This document shows, piece after piece, positions 12,134-24,100 of a DNA stretch of 61,834 bases. The stretch comes from Macrostomum lignano. Taxonomy: Eukaryota. Location: contig NIVC01004069.1 in the NCBI GenBank assembly GCA_002269645.1, forward strand, positions 1 through 61,834, written 5' to 3'. Both the position numbers and the translations under genes were made by a program. How positions within the stretch are numbered: the stretch's first letter is position 1; each line of letters opens with the position of its first letter. Under the pieces are notes generated by a model that worked only from the letters and a program-made list of their open reading frames with translations, searched no databases and was not told the DNA's origin.

Positions 12134-14298
12134 ATGTCGATGCTTGCTTGGTTTCCAGTCTCCAGGCACCAGTTGACACCGCTGTTACTTCTGCTGGTGC
12201 CAATTGACCTGATTTTGTGTCAGGTAAATGTTATTAACATTCTTAAATAATGTTATTCTTAATGTCAGATTCTCAACCTGAGATTCTCATCTCATTGTCA
12301 GATTCTCAACCTGAGATTCTCATCTCATTGTCAGATTCTCAACCTGAGATTCTCATCTCATTGTCAGATTCTCAACCTGAGATTCTCATCTCAGTGTCAG
12401 ATTCTCAACATAAGAATTTCATCTCAGTGTCAGATTCTCAACCTGAGATTCTCATCTCAGTGTCAGATTCTCAACCTAAGAATTTCATCTCAGTGTCAGA
12501 TTCTCAACCTGAGAATTTCATCTCAGAGTCAGATTCTCAACCTAAGATTCTCAATGTAAAGATTCTCTACCTGAGATTCTCAAACTGAGATTCTCAATTT
12601 CAGATTCCGACTATGAGATTATTATCAAGGCTAAAGAGTCTCACTATGAGATTCTTAGCAATGCGAAAGAGTCTCACTATGAGATTATTCAAGGCTAAAG
12701 ATTCTCACTATGAGATTATTCAAGGCTAAAGAGTCTCACTATGAGATTATTATCAAGGCTAAAGAGTCTCACTATGAAATTCAATTTTCATTTTAATTCT
12801 CACAGAAAAATCCAACATTAAGAGTATTCTCCTGTCTCAACACCTGCTCAGCAGAATCGAGACCCAGATTTCGGCAATTCCAATTCCCGACTCATCCAGC
12901 ATGAGCCAGGCGCCATCCTCCACAAGGAAGTGCGTCAGAAGCTTGCAACTCCAGCTGTACCAACGCAACGTCCCATACCTGACGATGTTGGCCTAGCTGG
13001 GGAGAACAACTTTGCGCTGTTGGACCCGCCAGACACTGAGTTTCACGTTTGGCGAGCGCCGTTCCCCAGCGTCGGTGAGGCCTGGCCCCGACCGACTCGT
13101 CAGTACGCCAGTCGCAGTCGGGGTCGCATTACCGCGCCGGAGCACCTCAGCTTAGCGGCTAAAGAATTTCAGTTTGTTTTAACTAGCCCAACAGAGTCTG
13201 ATTGTCCGATAGCGGTTGTTGAGCTGCTCAAAATGGCTTTTCAACGGTATAGGCGGGTGATTGTTGATCAGAGAGCCGTTAGCGTGGCCGCTGGAGCTGC
13301 CGCTGATGCTGATGGACACATTCGGCAGCTCAGTGTGCGGCTGACTATTCAGTCTTCTGATGAAAAGTGGCGAACGGCGCCTCTGATGCCCAGTCTGGAC
13401 ATGGATGAGAGCTGTGAGTGCTGACTGTTTTATGTGTAACTTTTTTGATTTTTGATTTTGTTTGTTGTAAACCGCGTGTGTGCGGTCAATTTCTTTTCTC
13501 TAATCTTCTCTCTCCTCTCCTCTACTCTCCACTCCTCTACTCTCTCCTCTCTACTCTATTCTGTCTCTACTCTCTTCTCTTCTGTCTCCTCTCTTCTCTC
13601 CTCTACCCGCTTCTGTCTTTCCTCTACTCTCTTATCCCTCCTTCCCTCTCCTCTCCCCACATCTATTCTCTTCTCTCGCCTCTCCTCTCATATTCTCTCT
13701 TCTCCCCTCTCCTTTCTTCTCCTCAATCCTCTAGCCAACTCTGCTATTAACCGCCTTAACGGTAAAACTAGCTATGCAAAAAAGATTTGCATATAATCTA
13801 CGTTATATGCGCACAATATAACATAATAATATTATTAATTTGCTTAGTCAAAAAGGTTTTTTCCTGTCAGTGTCGCTATCAGTGTGGCTCGATGCATTTC
13901 TGCTCGTAGTTAATTATCTATATTTCTTCTTTAATTAACCGCTCTTAGACACGCTAAAGATTAGCAAAACTGAAGCGGTGCTCAGTGCCCCAGAGCCGTG
14001 GGGTGTTCTGCGCGGCCTGCAAACTTTCAGTCAGCTGGTGTGGCAGACTCAAGACGCAGCTGTGAGTTCCGCTTATCATTCATTATTATTACATATTTTC
14101 ATATGAAGTTAGCATTGCCCGTCTGTTGTTATTAATTTTAGCTGTACATTAACAGTACAACAATATTTGATAAGCCAAGATTTAAGCACCGCGGCTTGCT
14201 GGTGGATACGTCCCGACATTACCTAAGCATGGAGACGCTAAAAACTAATCTAGTAAGTTTCTATTGTTGATTGCACTCTGTCTGTGTGTCTGCGTTGG

Positions 14299-14331
<33 letters not shown>

Positions 14332-14462
14332 GCCTGTCTGTCTGTCTGTCTCTGTGTGTCTGTCTGTCTGTCTGTCTGTCTGTCTGCCTGTCTGTCTGTC
14401 TGTCTGTCTATCTGTCTGTTTGTCCGTCTGTCTGTCTGTCTGCCTTGGTGTAGGTCTGTCTG

Positions 14463-14503
<41 letters not shown>

Positions 14504-14557
14504 GCCTTGGTGTCTGTCTGTCTGTCTGCCTGTCTGTTTGTCTGTCTGCCTGTCTGC

Positions 14558-14604
<47 letters not shown>

Positions 14605-14624
14605 CCTTGGTGTAGGTCTGTCTG

Positions 14625-14669
<45 letters not shown>

Positions 14670-14723
14670 GCCTTGGTGTCTGTCTGTCTATCTGCCTGTC
14701 TGTTTGTCTGTCTGCCTGTCTGC

Positions 14724-14773
<50 letters not shown>

Positions 14774-14827
14774 GCCTTGGTGTCTGTCTGTCTGTCTGCC
14801 TGTCTGTTTGTCTGTCTGCCTGTCTGC

Positions 14828-14882
<55 letters not shown>

Positions 14883-14978
14883 CCTGTCTGTTTGTCTGTC
14901 TGCCTGTCTGCCTTGGTGTCTGTCTGTCTGTCTGTTTGTCCGTCTGTCTGTCTGTCTGCCTTGGTGTAGGTCTGTCTG

Positions 14979-15011
<33 letters not shown>

Positions 15012-15032
15012 GCCTTGGTGTAGGTCTGTCTG

Positions 15033-15070
<38 letters not shown>

Positions 15071-15072
15071 CC

Positions 15073-15111
<39 letters not shown>

Positions 15112-18100
15112 ATGTCTGCATATCAGTCTGTCTTTCTGTCTGTCAGTCTGCCTTAGTGCCTGTATGTCTATCTATCCATCTATTTTTTTAAACCTACAGG
15201 ACGCCATGGAGATGAACAAATTAAACGTATTTCACTGGCACATTGTGGACGATCAGTCGTTTCCCTATCAGAGTGTGGTATTTCCTAAGCTATCTGAGAA
15301 GGTAAAGAATCGCTTTAAAGTGTTTTTTACTATGCTTTAATTATTTGTTTAATCTAAACAACATTTTTTAACACAGGGCGCATATGATAGTAATAGCATT
15401 TACTCATTATCCAATATTCGAGAGATAATTGAGTACGCCAGAGTTCGGGGCATTCGAGTTATACCCGAGTTTGACACGCCTGGTAAGTCATGCCGAACTT
15501 TGGTTTGATAAATGCTATGAAAATCCTTCCGGCTGAAGCAAATACCTTTACCCCAGATGTTCACACACTGGCCATAGAATAAACCCCTCTACCCCAGATG
15601 TACACACTGGCCATAGAATACAACCCCCTCTACCCCAGATGTACACACTGGCCATAGAATACAACCCCCTCTATCCCAGATGTACACACTGGTCATAGAA
15701 TACAACCCCCTCTACCCCAGATGTACACACTGGCCATAGAATACAACCCCTCTACCCCAGATGTTCACACTGGCCATAGAATAAACCCCTCTACCCCAGA
15801 TGTTCACACTGGCCATAGAATAAACCCATCTACCCCAGATGTACACACTGGTCATAGAATACAACCCCCTCTACCCCAGATGTTCACACACTGGCCATAG
15901 AATAAACCCCTCTACCCCAGATGTACACACTGGCCATAGAATACAACCCCCTCTACCCCAGATGTACACACTGGCCATAGAATACAACCCCCTCTATCCC
16001 AGATGTACACACTGGTCATAGAATACAACCCCCTCTACCCCAGATGTACACACTGGCCATAGAATACAACCCCTCTACCCCAGATGTTCACACTGGCCAT
16101 AGAATAAACCCCTCTACCCCAGATGTTCACACTGGCCATAGAATAAACCCATCTACCCCAGATGTACACACTGGTCATAGAATACAACCCCCTCTACCCC
16201 AGATGTACACACTGGCCATAGAATAGACTCCTCTACCCCAGATGTACACACTGGCCATAGAATACAACCCCCTCTACCCCAGATGTACACACTGGCTATA
16301 GAATAAAAACCCCTCTATCCCAGATGTGCACACACTGGCCATAGAATATAACCCCCTCGGCCCAGATGTACACACACTGGCCATAGAATAAAACCCCCTC
16401 ACCCCAGATGTACACACTGGCCATAGAATAAAACCCCCTCACTCCAGATGTACACACACTGGCAATAAAATAGAACCCCTCTACCCCAGATGCACACATA
16501 CTAAGCCTTTACTCAAGACATACACATCCTCAAGTAACTCAAAACCTTTCCATTTAGCTTAAGTTTTCTATCTATATGCTACTAAAAGCAGAAATTAAGA
16601 AACGCCATGCCTGTAAAATTTTCAGCCCACACGCACAGCTGGTCTCTTGGCTATCCGGAAATTTTCACGCAATGCTTCAACTATGCCAACCGCTGGACCG
16701 GTTTCTATGGTCCCATGAATCCGGCATTGAATGCTACCTTCGATTTTCTTAAAAAGTTGTACGCAGAAATTTCTAGCGTATTCAAAGATAATTATATTCA
16801 TCTTGGAGCTGACGAAGTTGGCACCTCTTGTTGGTAAGTGTTTAATGTTTATCTGTTGTACTCGTAGCTTATATCAAACATTAATGTCAAAGCTCTATTA
16901 TCACCTTACAGGGATAATAATCCCATTGTGAATCGAATGCGAGCTGATTTTGGTTTCTCTAGGAGTGATCAGCTGATTGATTATTATTTTCGACGGTAAA
17001 GTTACTTGCTGTGTGGATTTTAGTTAGTTCACACTCCCACTTTTCTTTTATTGAGTATTGTTTACACTGTACCAATACCCACAGATTGCAAAATATCATA
17101 ACATCTTTGAGTGCCGGCAAGTCAAATAGTAACAAACGCGGTTTTATTGTATGGCAAGAGGCTTACGATCACGGTGTTATGGTGAGTTTTGGTGACAAAT
17201 GGCTTCTGATTCGAGTAAATTCGATTCTTTAGTAAATGTTGTGTGTACATCTGGGGTTGCGATGGGGTTTTATTTTATGGCCAGTATGTGCACATCTAGG
17301 GTAGAGGGGGGGGGTTAATTCTATTGCCAGTGTGTGTGCATCTGGGGTAGAGGGGGTTTTATTCTACGGCCAGTGTGTGTAAATCTGTGGTAGAGGGGTT
17401 TTATTCCATGGTCTATGTACATCTGGGGTAGAGGGGTTTTATTCTATGGCCAGTGTGTACATTTGGGGTAGAAGTTTTATTCTATGGCCAGTGTGTGTAC
17501 ATCTGGGGTGAGGGGGGTTATTCTATGGCCAGTGTGTGTACATCTGGGGTAGAGGGGTTTATTCTATGGCCAGTGTGTGTACATCTGGGGTAGGGGAGTT
17601 TTTATCAGAACTATAACTGATTACAATACATTGAAGTGTAGCCAGTTTTGCAGTAAACTACAATAACCATCTTTCTGTTTTCTAAGTTTCAAAAACTTTA
17701 TGGAAATCTAACTTAAAGTTCAATAATACTATTAGTAGTAGTAATAAAATATGTCTTACTTTATTTTTCTCATTTTAGCTAAAGAGAGGCACCATAGTGC
17801 AGGTATGGAAAGGCGAAGCCTCCGATGTAGCCATGGTCGCCCAAGCTGGCTACCGAGTTCTCTACAGCACCTGCTGGTACCTGGACAGGCTAGAGTACGG
17901 TCCTCAGTGGACTAAAATGTACCTGTGCGATCCTATTGCTAATTATGCTGGCACTTATAATGGCGGACCGTTTCAACAGCAGATGCCGCAGCAGCAGCCG
18001 CCACCTCAGCAGCAACAGCAGCAGCAGCCACCGCCGCCTTCTTGGATGGCCAACGTTCTTGGCGGTGAAGCCTGCATGTGGAACGAATACCAAGACGATA

Positions 18101-21100
18101 ATACTGTGCTGCAGAGGATTTGGTAAGGCCACTTGAGGATTGACGCTGCACTCCATCAGATTTTATCTCCTTGAATCCCACACCCCGTCCTATTGAATCC
18201 CACACCAAATCCTATTGAATCCCACACCACATCCTATTGAATCCCACACCACATTCTTTTGAATCCCACACCACATCCTTTTGAATCCCACACCACATCC
18301 TTTTGAATACCACACCACATCCTTTTGAATCCCACACCACATCCTATTGAATCCCACACCAAATCCTATTGAATCCCACACCCCATGCTATTGAATCCCA
18401 CACCCCATCCTATTGAATCCCACACCCCATCCTATTGAATCCCACACCACATCCTATTGAATCCCACACCAAATCCTATTGAATCCCACACCACATCCTA
18501 TTGAATCCCACACCACATTCTTTTGAATCCCACACCACATCCTTTTGAATCCCACACCACATCCTTTTGAATACCACACCAAATCCTATTGAATCCCACA
18601 CCACATCCTATTGAATCCCACACCAAATCCTATTGAATCCCACACCCCATCCTATTGAATCCCACACCACATCCTATTGAATCCCACACCACATCCTATT
18701 GAATCCCACACCCCATCCTATTGAATCCCACACCACATCCTATTGAATCCCACACCAAATCCTATTGAATCCCACACCACATCCTATTGAATCCCACACC
18801 ACATTCTTTTGAATCCCACACCACATCCTTTTGAATCCCACACCACATCCTTTTGAATACCACACCACATCCTTTTGAATCCCACACCACATCCTATTGA
18901 ATCCCACACCAAATCCTATTGAATCCCACACCCCATCCTATTGAATCCCACACCCCATCCTATTGAATCCCACACCACATCCTATTGAATCCCACACCAC
19001 ATCCTGTTAAATCCACACCACATCCTATTGAATCCCACACCACATCCTGTTAAATCCACACCCCATCCTATTGAATTCCACACCCATTGTATTGAATCCC
19101 ACACCCAACCTTTTGAATTTCTCCAGGGCCAGGCACAATTCCGGATTTTCATCCGGTTCCTAATATAGAATGCCTATTTAAAAATGCTGGACGAAAGCCG
19201 GATGAATTGTTAACATTACGGATGAAAGTGTAAATTTTTTAGTACTTTCATCCGGTCCTAGCTCCGCGGGTATCTCCGGAAAAATCTCCGGTTTCCATTC
19301 GTTTTTAGCGGATGTAAATGCGGACTACAAAACCGGATCAAATCCGGATCAGCAGTGCAGGATGAAATACCGGGTTAATCTCCGGATAAAAAGCCGGATC
19401 TCTATAGTCCGTGAATTTGGCAGTATAAAATTGATTACTAATAAGAGATGAAAAAATCGGAAACACGTAACACAGTCTGGAGCAGTTATTCCGGCTTCAA
19501 AATTCACGCCTGGCGAAATATTCGTCCATTCCATACATTTTTTTTTCAAATTCGCACTAACACTGACTCTAACACTAGCTGCAATCGGCAGCGAAAGCGG
19601 TGCGAGGTTGCGATTGATGTGAAGGAATAGAATAGCGTGTTTAGACATCGTGTCTCATTTAACTCTACTGCAAGTAGCATGTGTAAGACACTTCAAATAG
19701 ACATAGGCGATTTACAGAGGGTCATGTGCCAGTTCCCTCTCGCGTCACCACCTACAATCTCATTATCGTCTACTCTCTCACCCACCTCAACCATCTCACC
19801 CTCTACTCTCTCAGTCTCTCTACTCTCACTATCTCTCTAATCTCCCACCTTCCCTCTACTCGCTCACATTCCTCAACCTCTCTCTCACCCTTCCTCACAG
19901 GATAAACCACCATAAATCGCTAACAGTACACATTGGGGGATCCACCACAGATTAAGAGATAAACCACCATATAGGCTAACACTACAGATTAAGGGCTCCA
20001 CCTTGGACACCAAAAGGGGACCACAAAATTTTACCTTTTAGTTAGCTTTAAATTCTTATGTTACTAATCGCGAACTATTAGGTTCGGCATGTCGTTAGTC
20101 CCGTCCAGCTCCGATATGTCGACAACCTGCTTGGATGCGTCTACCTGGCGTGCTTCGGCTTCTTTGACTAAGCCAGTCGGACGTCCGAGTACGTCGGAAT
20201 CTTACGGCTGGGTGGTGGACGGCTTGTTGGTTGTGGACTGATTGGTGGTACCCGGCTTGGTGCTTCCCGGATTGGTGGCATCCGGCTTGGTGGTTCCCGG
20301 ATTAGCCGCTTTCTTCGTTCTGACACGTTTCGGGTACCCCAGCTTCTCGCGAGCTGTTTTACCGCAACCGGTGAACGCTCGGTGGAGTTCGGCTTGGGTG
20401 TAAACGATAGATGCATTCGCCAGCCAAATTTTGGCTGCGGCCAATTTTCCAGGGTTTGCAGCACCTGACCTGTAGCCTGCAATCCGTCGGCCGGACAGAC
20501 TGGACGAAGCTAGTTCCTCGTCCGTAAATACGCTTCTGAATAGAGCCCTTATCAGCGTTAATCACGCTAAGCGTCGCTTATCCTTAGTCTTTTTGTGGGC
20601 CTCGTCATCTATGTCCACCGGGTGCTTCATCATTTCCTTATACTCCTCGTGCCGACTGTCCAGGTCGGACCTATGGCCAACGGTCACAAGTAGAAAAGGC
20701 TGCCTCTGACAGCGGTACACAACTTGAGATAGATGATCCCGGTTGCGTGTCGGACGTAGATTCGCATGCTGAAACCAGCGCACAAAATTCTCGGCCGTCA
20801 TCGCCTTCGGCCGCGTCAGATAGTTATTCGTCAGACATATCTGCATCAGCCGAAGCTGCTGATTGTGCCTGGACAAGTCCAGTCAAGCAGCTGGAAGCAC
20901 GCGTTATTAGAGCGTTGGCTGTCGATACATTGCGCTGAAGACAAACGAAGTTTCCGTGTTCTTGGCCTAACTGTTTCAGCAATGAAGCTTTAACTTTACG
21001 ACCGGCCATAATTTTTAGGCCCAGCTCGCGAATTTCCTCCTCGAACCTGCGTGATGTATGTACGTGGTTGCAGGGCATGTTGCAATCGCGTAATTTGAGA

Positions 21101-24100
21101 ATAATTAGAGTGTCAGATAAACTCTTTTCTCGTTAGTAGTTTAAGTGTCAGTCCGCGGCAAGACGAGCATCTTCGCGGCAGCTCTGCGGCGATGCGTACA
21201 CGTTCGTCAGCTTGGCCGCGGCAGCCACCTCCCCCTTGCTATCAAAGGGACCCTTTATTGTGGTCCCTGTGTAGCGTTTAGCTCGGAGTCTATTTGTTTT
21301 CGCGGTTACGATTGCGGCTACGGAGCCGATATTCAGTGGCAATGGTGTTGTCTTGCAAACGCTAACAATAATTGCGCAAGTTGCGCAAGTTGTCGCGTTC
21401 CAAGTATTGAAAAACGTATTACCGAGCCGTAACTTCAGACTTAAACGGGGTCATTTGATGCTGGTCGTCCGCGCTTCCGACTACTTTCGAGTTTCGACTA
21501 ACTTCCCTTAGGGACAACGGATGGTTCGTTATAGGTATCGTTATTGTCATCGTCCGGTTTCCCTTTTCCTATATTCCTTTTCGTCGCCATAGCTGTTGAT
21601 TTGCTGCGCTAGTACGCCGTCCAAGGCTGTGGGAGTGAGGATACGTTCCCCATTACTATAAGTGTCATAGTACGAAGTAGGAGGGCGGTTAAGCGCAGAA
21701 AAGAATAGCGGAAGAAGCAAATAGCGGAATAGCGCGGGTTACTTGTACAATAGATAAGACGTACTCAAAAGGAATAAGTTCAAGAGTTCAAGCATACTAC
21801 AGAAAAGGAGCTTTTAAAGAGAAAATTGAAGACACCCTTCAAATTTCATCAAAACTGTCATATGGCAGCTGTAAATTGTAAAAATAATAAGTTTAATGAT
21901 AACTTTGCAAAAAGATGTTCCGGTAATTAGTTGTCATTCTACATACAACAAATAACAATGCTTCACTTCATCATCGCTTCATCATCCTTAATCATCGCTT
22001 CATTAAAGCTACGGAGCGAAGCCGTCATAGCACATCTCTCTGGCCAAGTCACTCCGATCTTCAGGCACAATGCTCGTTATATAGTCCTGATAGAGTTCAC
22101 TGTTGGCCTCGTGGAGCACATCATTTGCCACAGGCTTGTCTGCAGGGAACACAATAAGATCTAGCAGCCTGCGGGCCGACACAAAGGTCTCGAGCTGGTT
22201 TTTAACATCGAAGACCCAAAAGTTAGCCACTTTAGGTGACTGGCAGTTACTACATGCTTCATTGCTGTCTTCGGTTGGGCCAGGGCTATTCCTATAGCAG
22301 ACATTGCACACTGTCCAACATTTAGACGTGCCAGTAGACATCTGCACAGACTTGAGCGCGTTGCGCGCCGCTCGCTCAGTCCGCTCGCCCAGTCCGTGGC
22401 AGCCTATTACCTGGTTCCAGACGATGAGAGAGCGTTAGAAGCCGTATAACACTTTCACGGGACAGTTTGACATCCTGAGCAAACGACTCGATTTACAGCA
22501 GCGCTTCACCAAGTGTTGGAGGCAACGCTTCGTGCCATGGCTGGAACAACTTTGGGTCGGGCTCAGGTTCAAGCTCTCCTGGATCCGGCACGTTGTTGTC
22601 TTCAGAACCTAAAAATAGAAATTGATAGCAGTTTTGTCAAAATCAAGCCGCGTGGTCCATTGTTTGCTGTCCATAGCTACATGCATACATACAAATCTGA
22701 ATACACTCCAATGTACTGAATGCTTACTGTGTAATAGTAAACTGTAAGTATTAACTATTACTTACCGGAGTCACCTGAGTAAGTACTAGGAGTACTCGGA
22801 GGAGGTCCACCTGAATCTCCGGCGATGTCCATCGCTTCAGAGACATCGGAGCCAGTGACGGAGCTGTCGCTGTCGCTAGTACTGTCCTCTGAATCGCCTG
22901 CGGTACATAAGCGTCAAATTTCGAAATTAAATTTCTATTCCAATAATCATCCATATTCCTAATGACCTTTCATAACTAATAAAACTGTATACTATAGAGT
23001 ATACTTTCCAACTACCTATACTACCAAATGTGCATAATTATGAGCTTGAATGTGTAGTAACTGCAGATTACCCAGGTACAGAATCAAAAACCTACCACCT
23101 GTCTCACAAGCCGCTCCTTGGACACTTGGCACGCAAGCACTTCCAGCTCCTTGGCCAGTTGAACAGTTGCCGCTTGAGGAAGCGACAGTTAGGGGGCTGA
23201 TGGAGATTGCTCCCGTGCCTCAGCTCTGCGCTTCAGCATGTAAATGCGACGCGCCTGTTTTGATTTTTCATCTTCATCCATATCGCCAGATGGGCTGGAA
23301 ATTCGGGTTTTATAATTTATGAATTTAATTTTTGTAGTTGCTGAAGTTATCCTACGCAAAAGCATATGCAGAATTCTATAGACATTGGCATTAAACGGAC
23401 ATATGATTATATATATATATATAAACCTAAATTCATCCTACATACGCATAGTTTCTGTATATCTCTGATAACATATTGCAAAAGATCGAAAGGAATTTGC
23501 GACGCTGACCAGGTGTTTGTATGCCAGGGATTGCCTGAGGAGATCACCGTATGATGGGGTCATCTTCCATCGGTTTTCCCTCGGAGACTCCTTCCATAAT
23601 CCCCATGACTATTTAGAATAGAAAATCTGCTTTACATAAACCACACTGACTCAAAACTGTAGGGAGAATGTAAGTAGATTTAATCCGGTATTTTATCCGG
23701 TTAGATCCGTCTCGAACAGCGGAGAAACGAGCGAATGAAATACCGGATCAATTTCCGGACGGAAAAACTACTCTCGTCCGCTGTTCGTCCTCTCGTCCGG
23801 AGGTCGTCCAGATTTTGCTCCGGTTTTTGTCCAATTTTTGTTAGACAATCGACCGGATAAATTTCCGGGTGAAAACCGGATGAAAGATGTTTGCAAAAAA
23901 ACTTTTTATTCAGTTTTGGTCCGGAGGATCCTCCGATTTTTGATCCCGACCGTACAACCGGATAAAATCCGGATAAAATTTAGCTTGATCCGGAAAAACC
24001 ACTAAAACTGGACAATACTGGACCAAATCCGGACGAAAACCAGGTGTTTAAGCCAGGCAGCTTAAATCCCACACCCATTCTATTGAATCCCACACCACAT

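Noticed and set aside
13981-14000. Possible frameshift in hexosaminidase exon 3
   Set aside because: Recounting the C-run gives GCC CCA GAG CCG TGG in frame; the gene is intact.
18170-19118. Regular short repeats as a CRISPR array
   Set aside because: No unique spacers, eukaryotic intronic context and no cas genes; the same applies to all arrays here.
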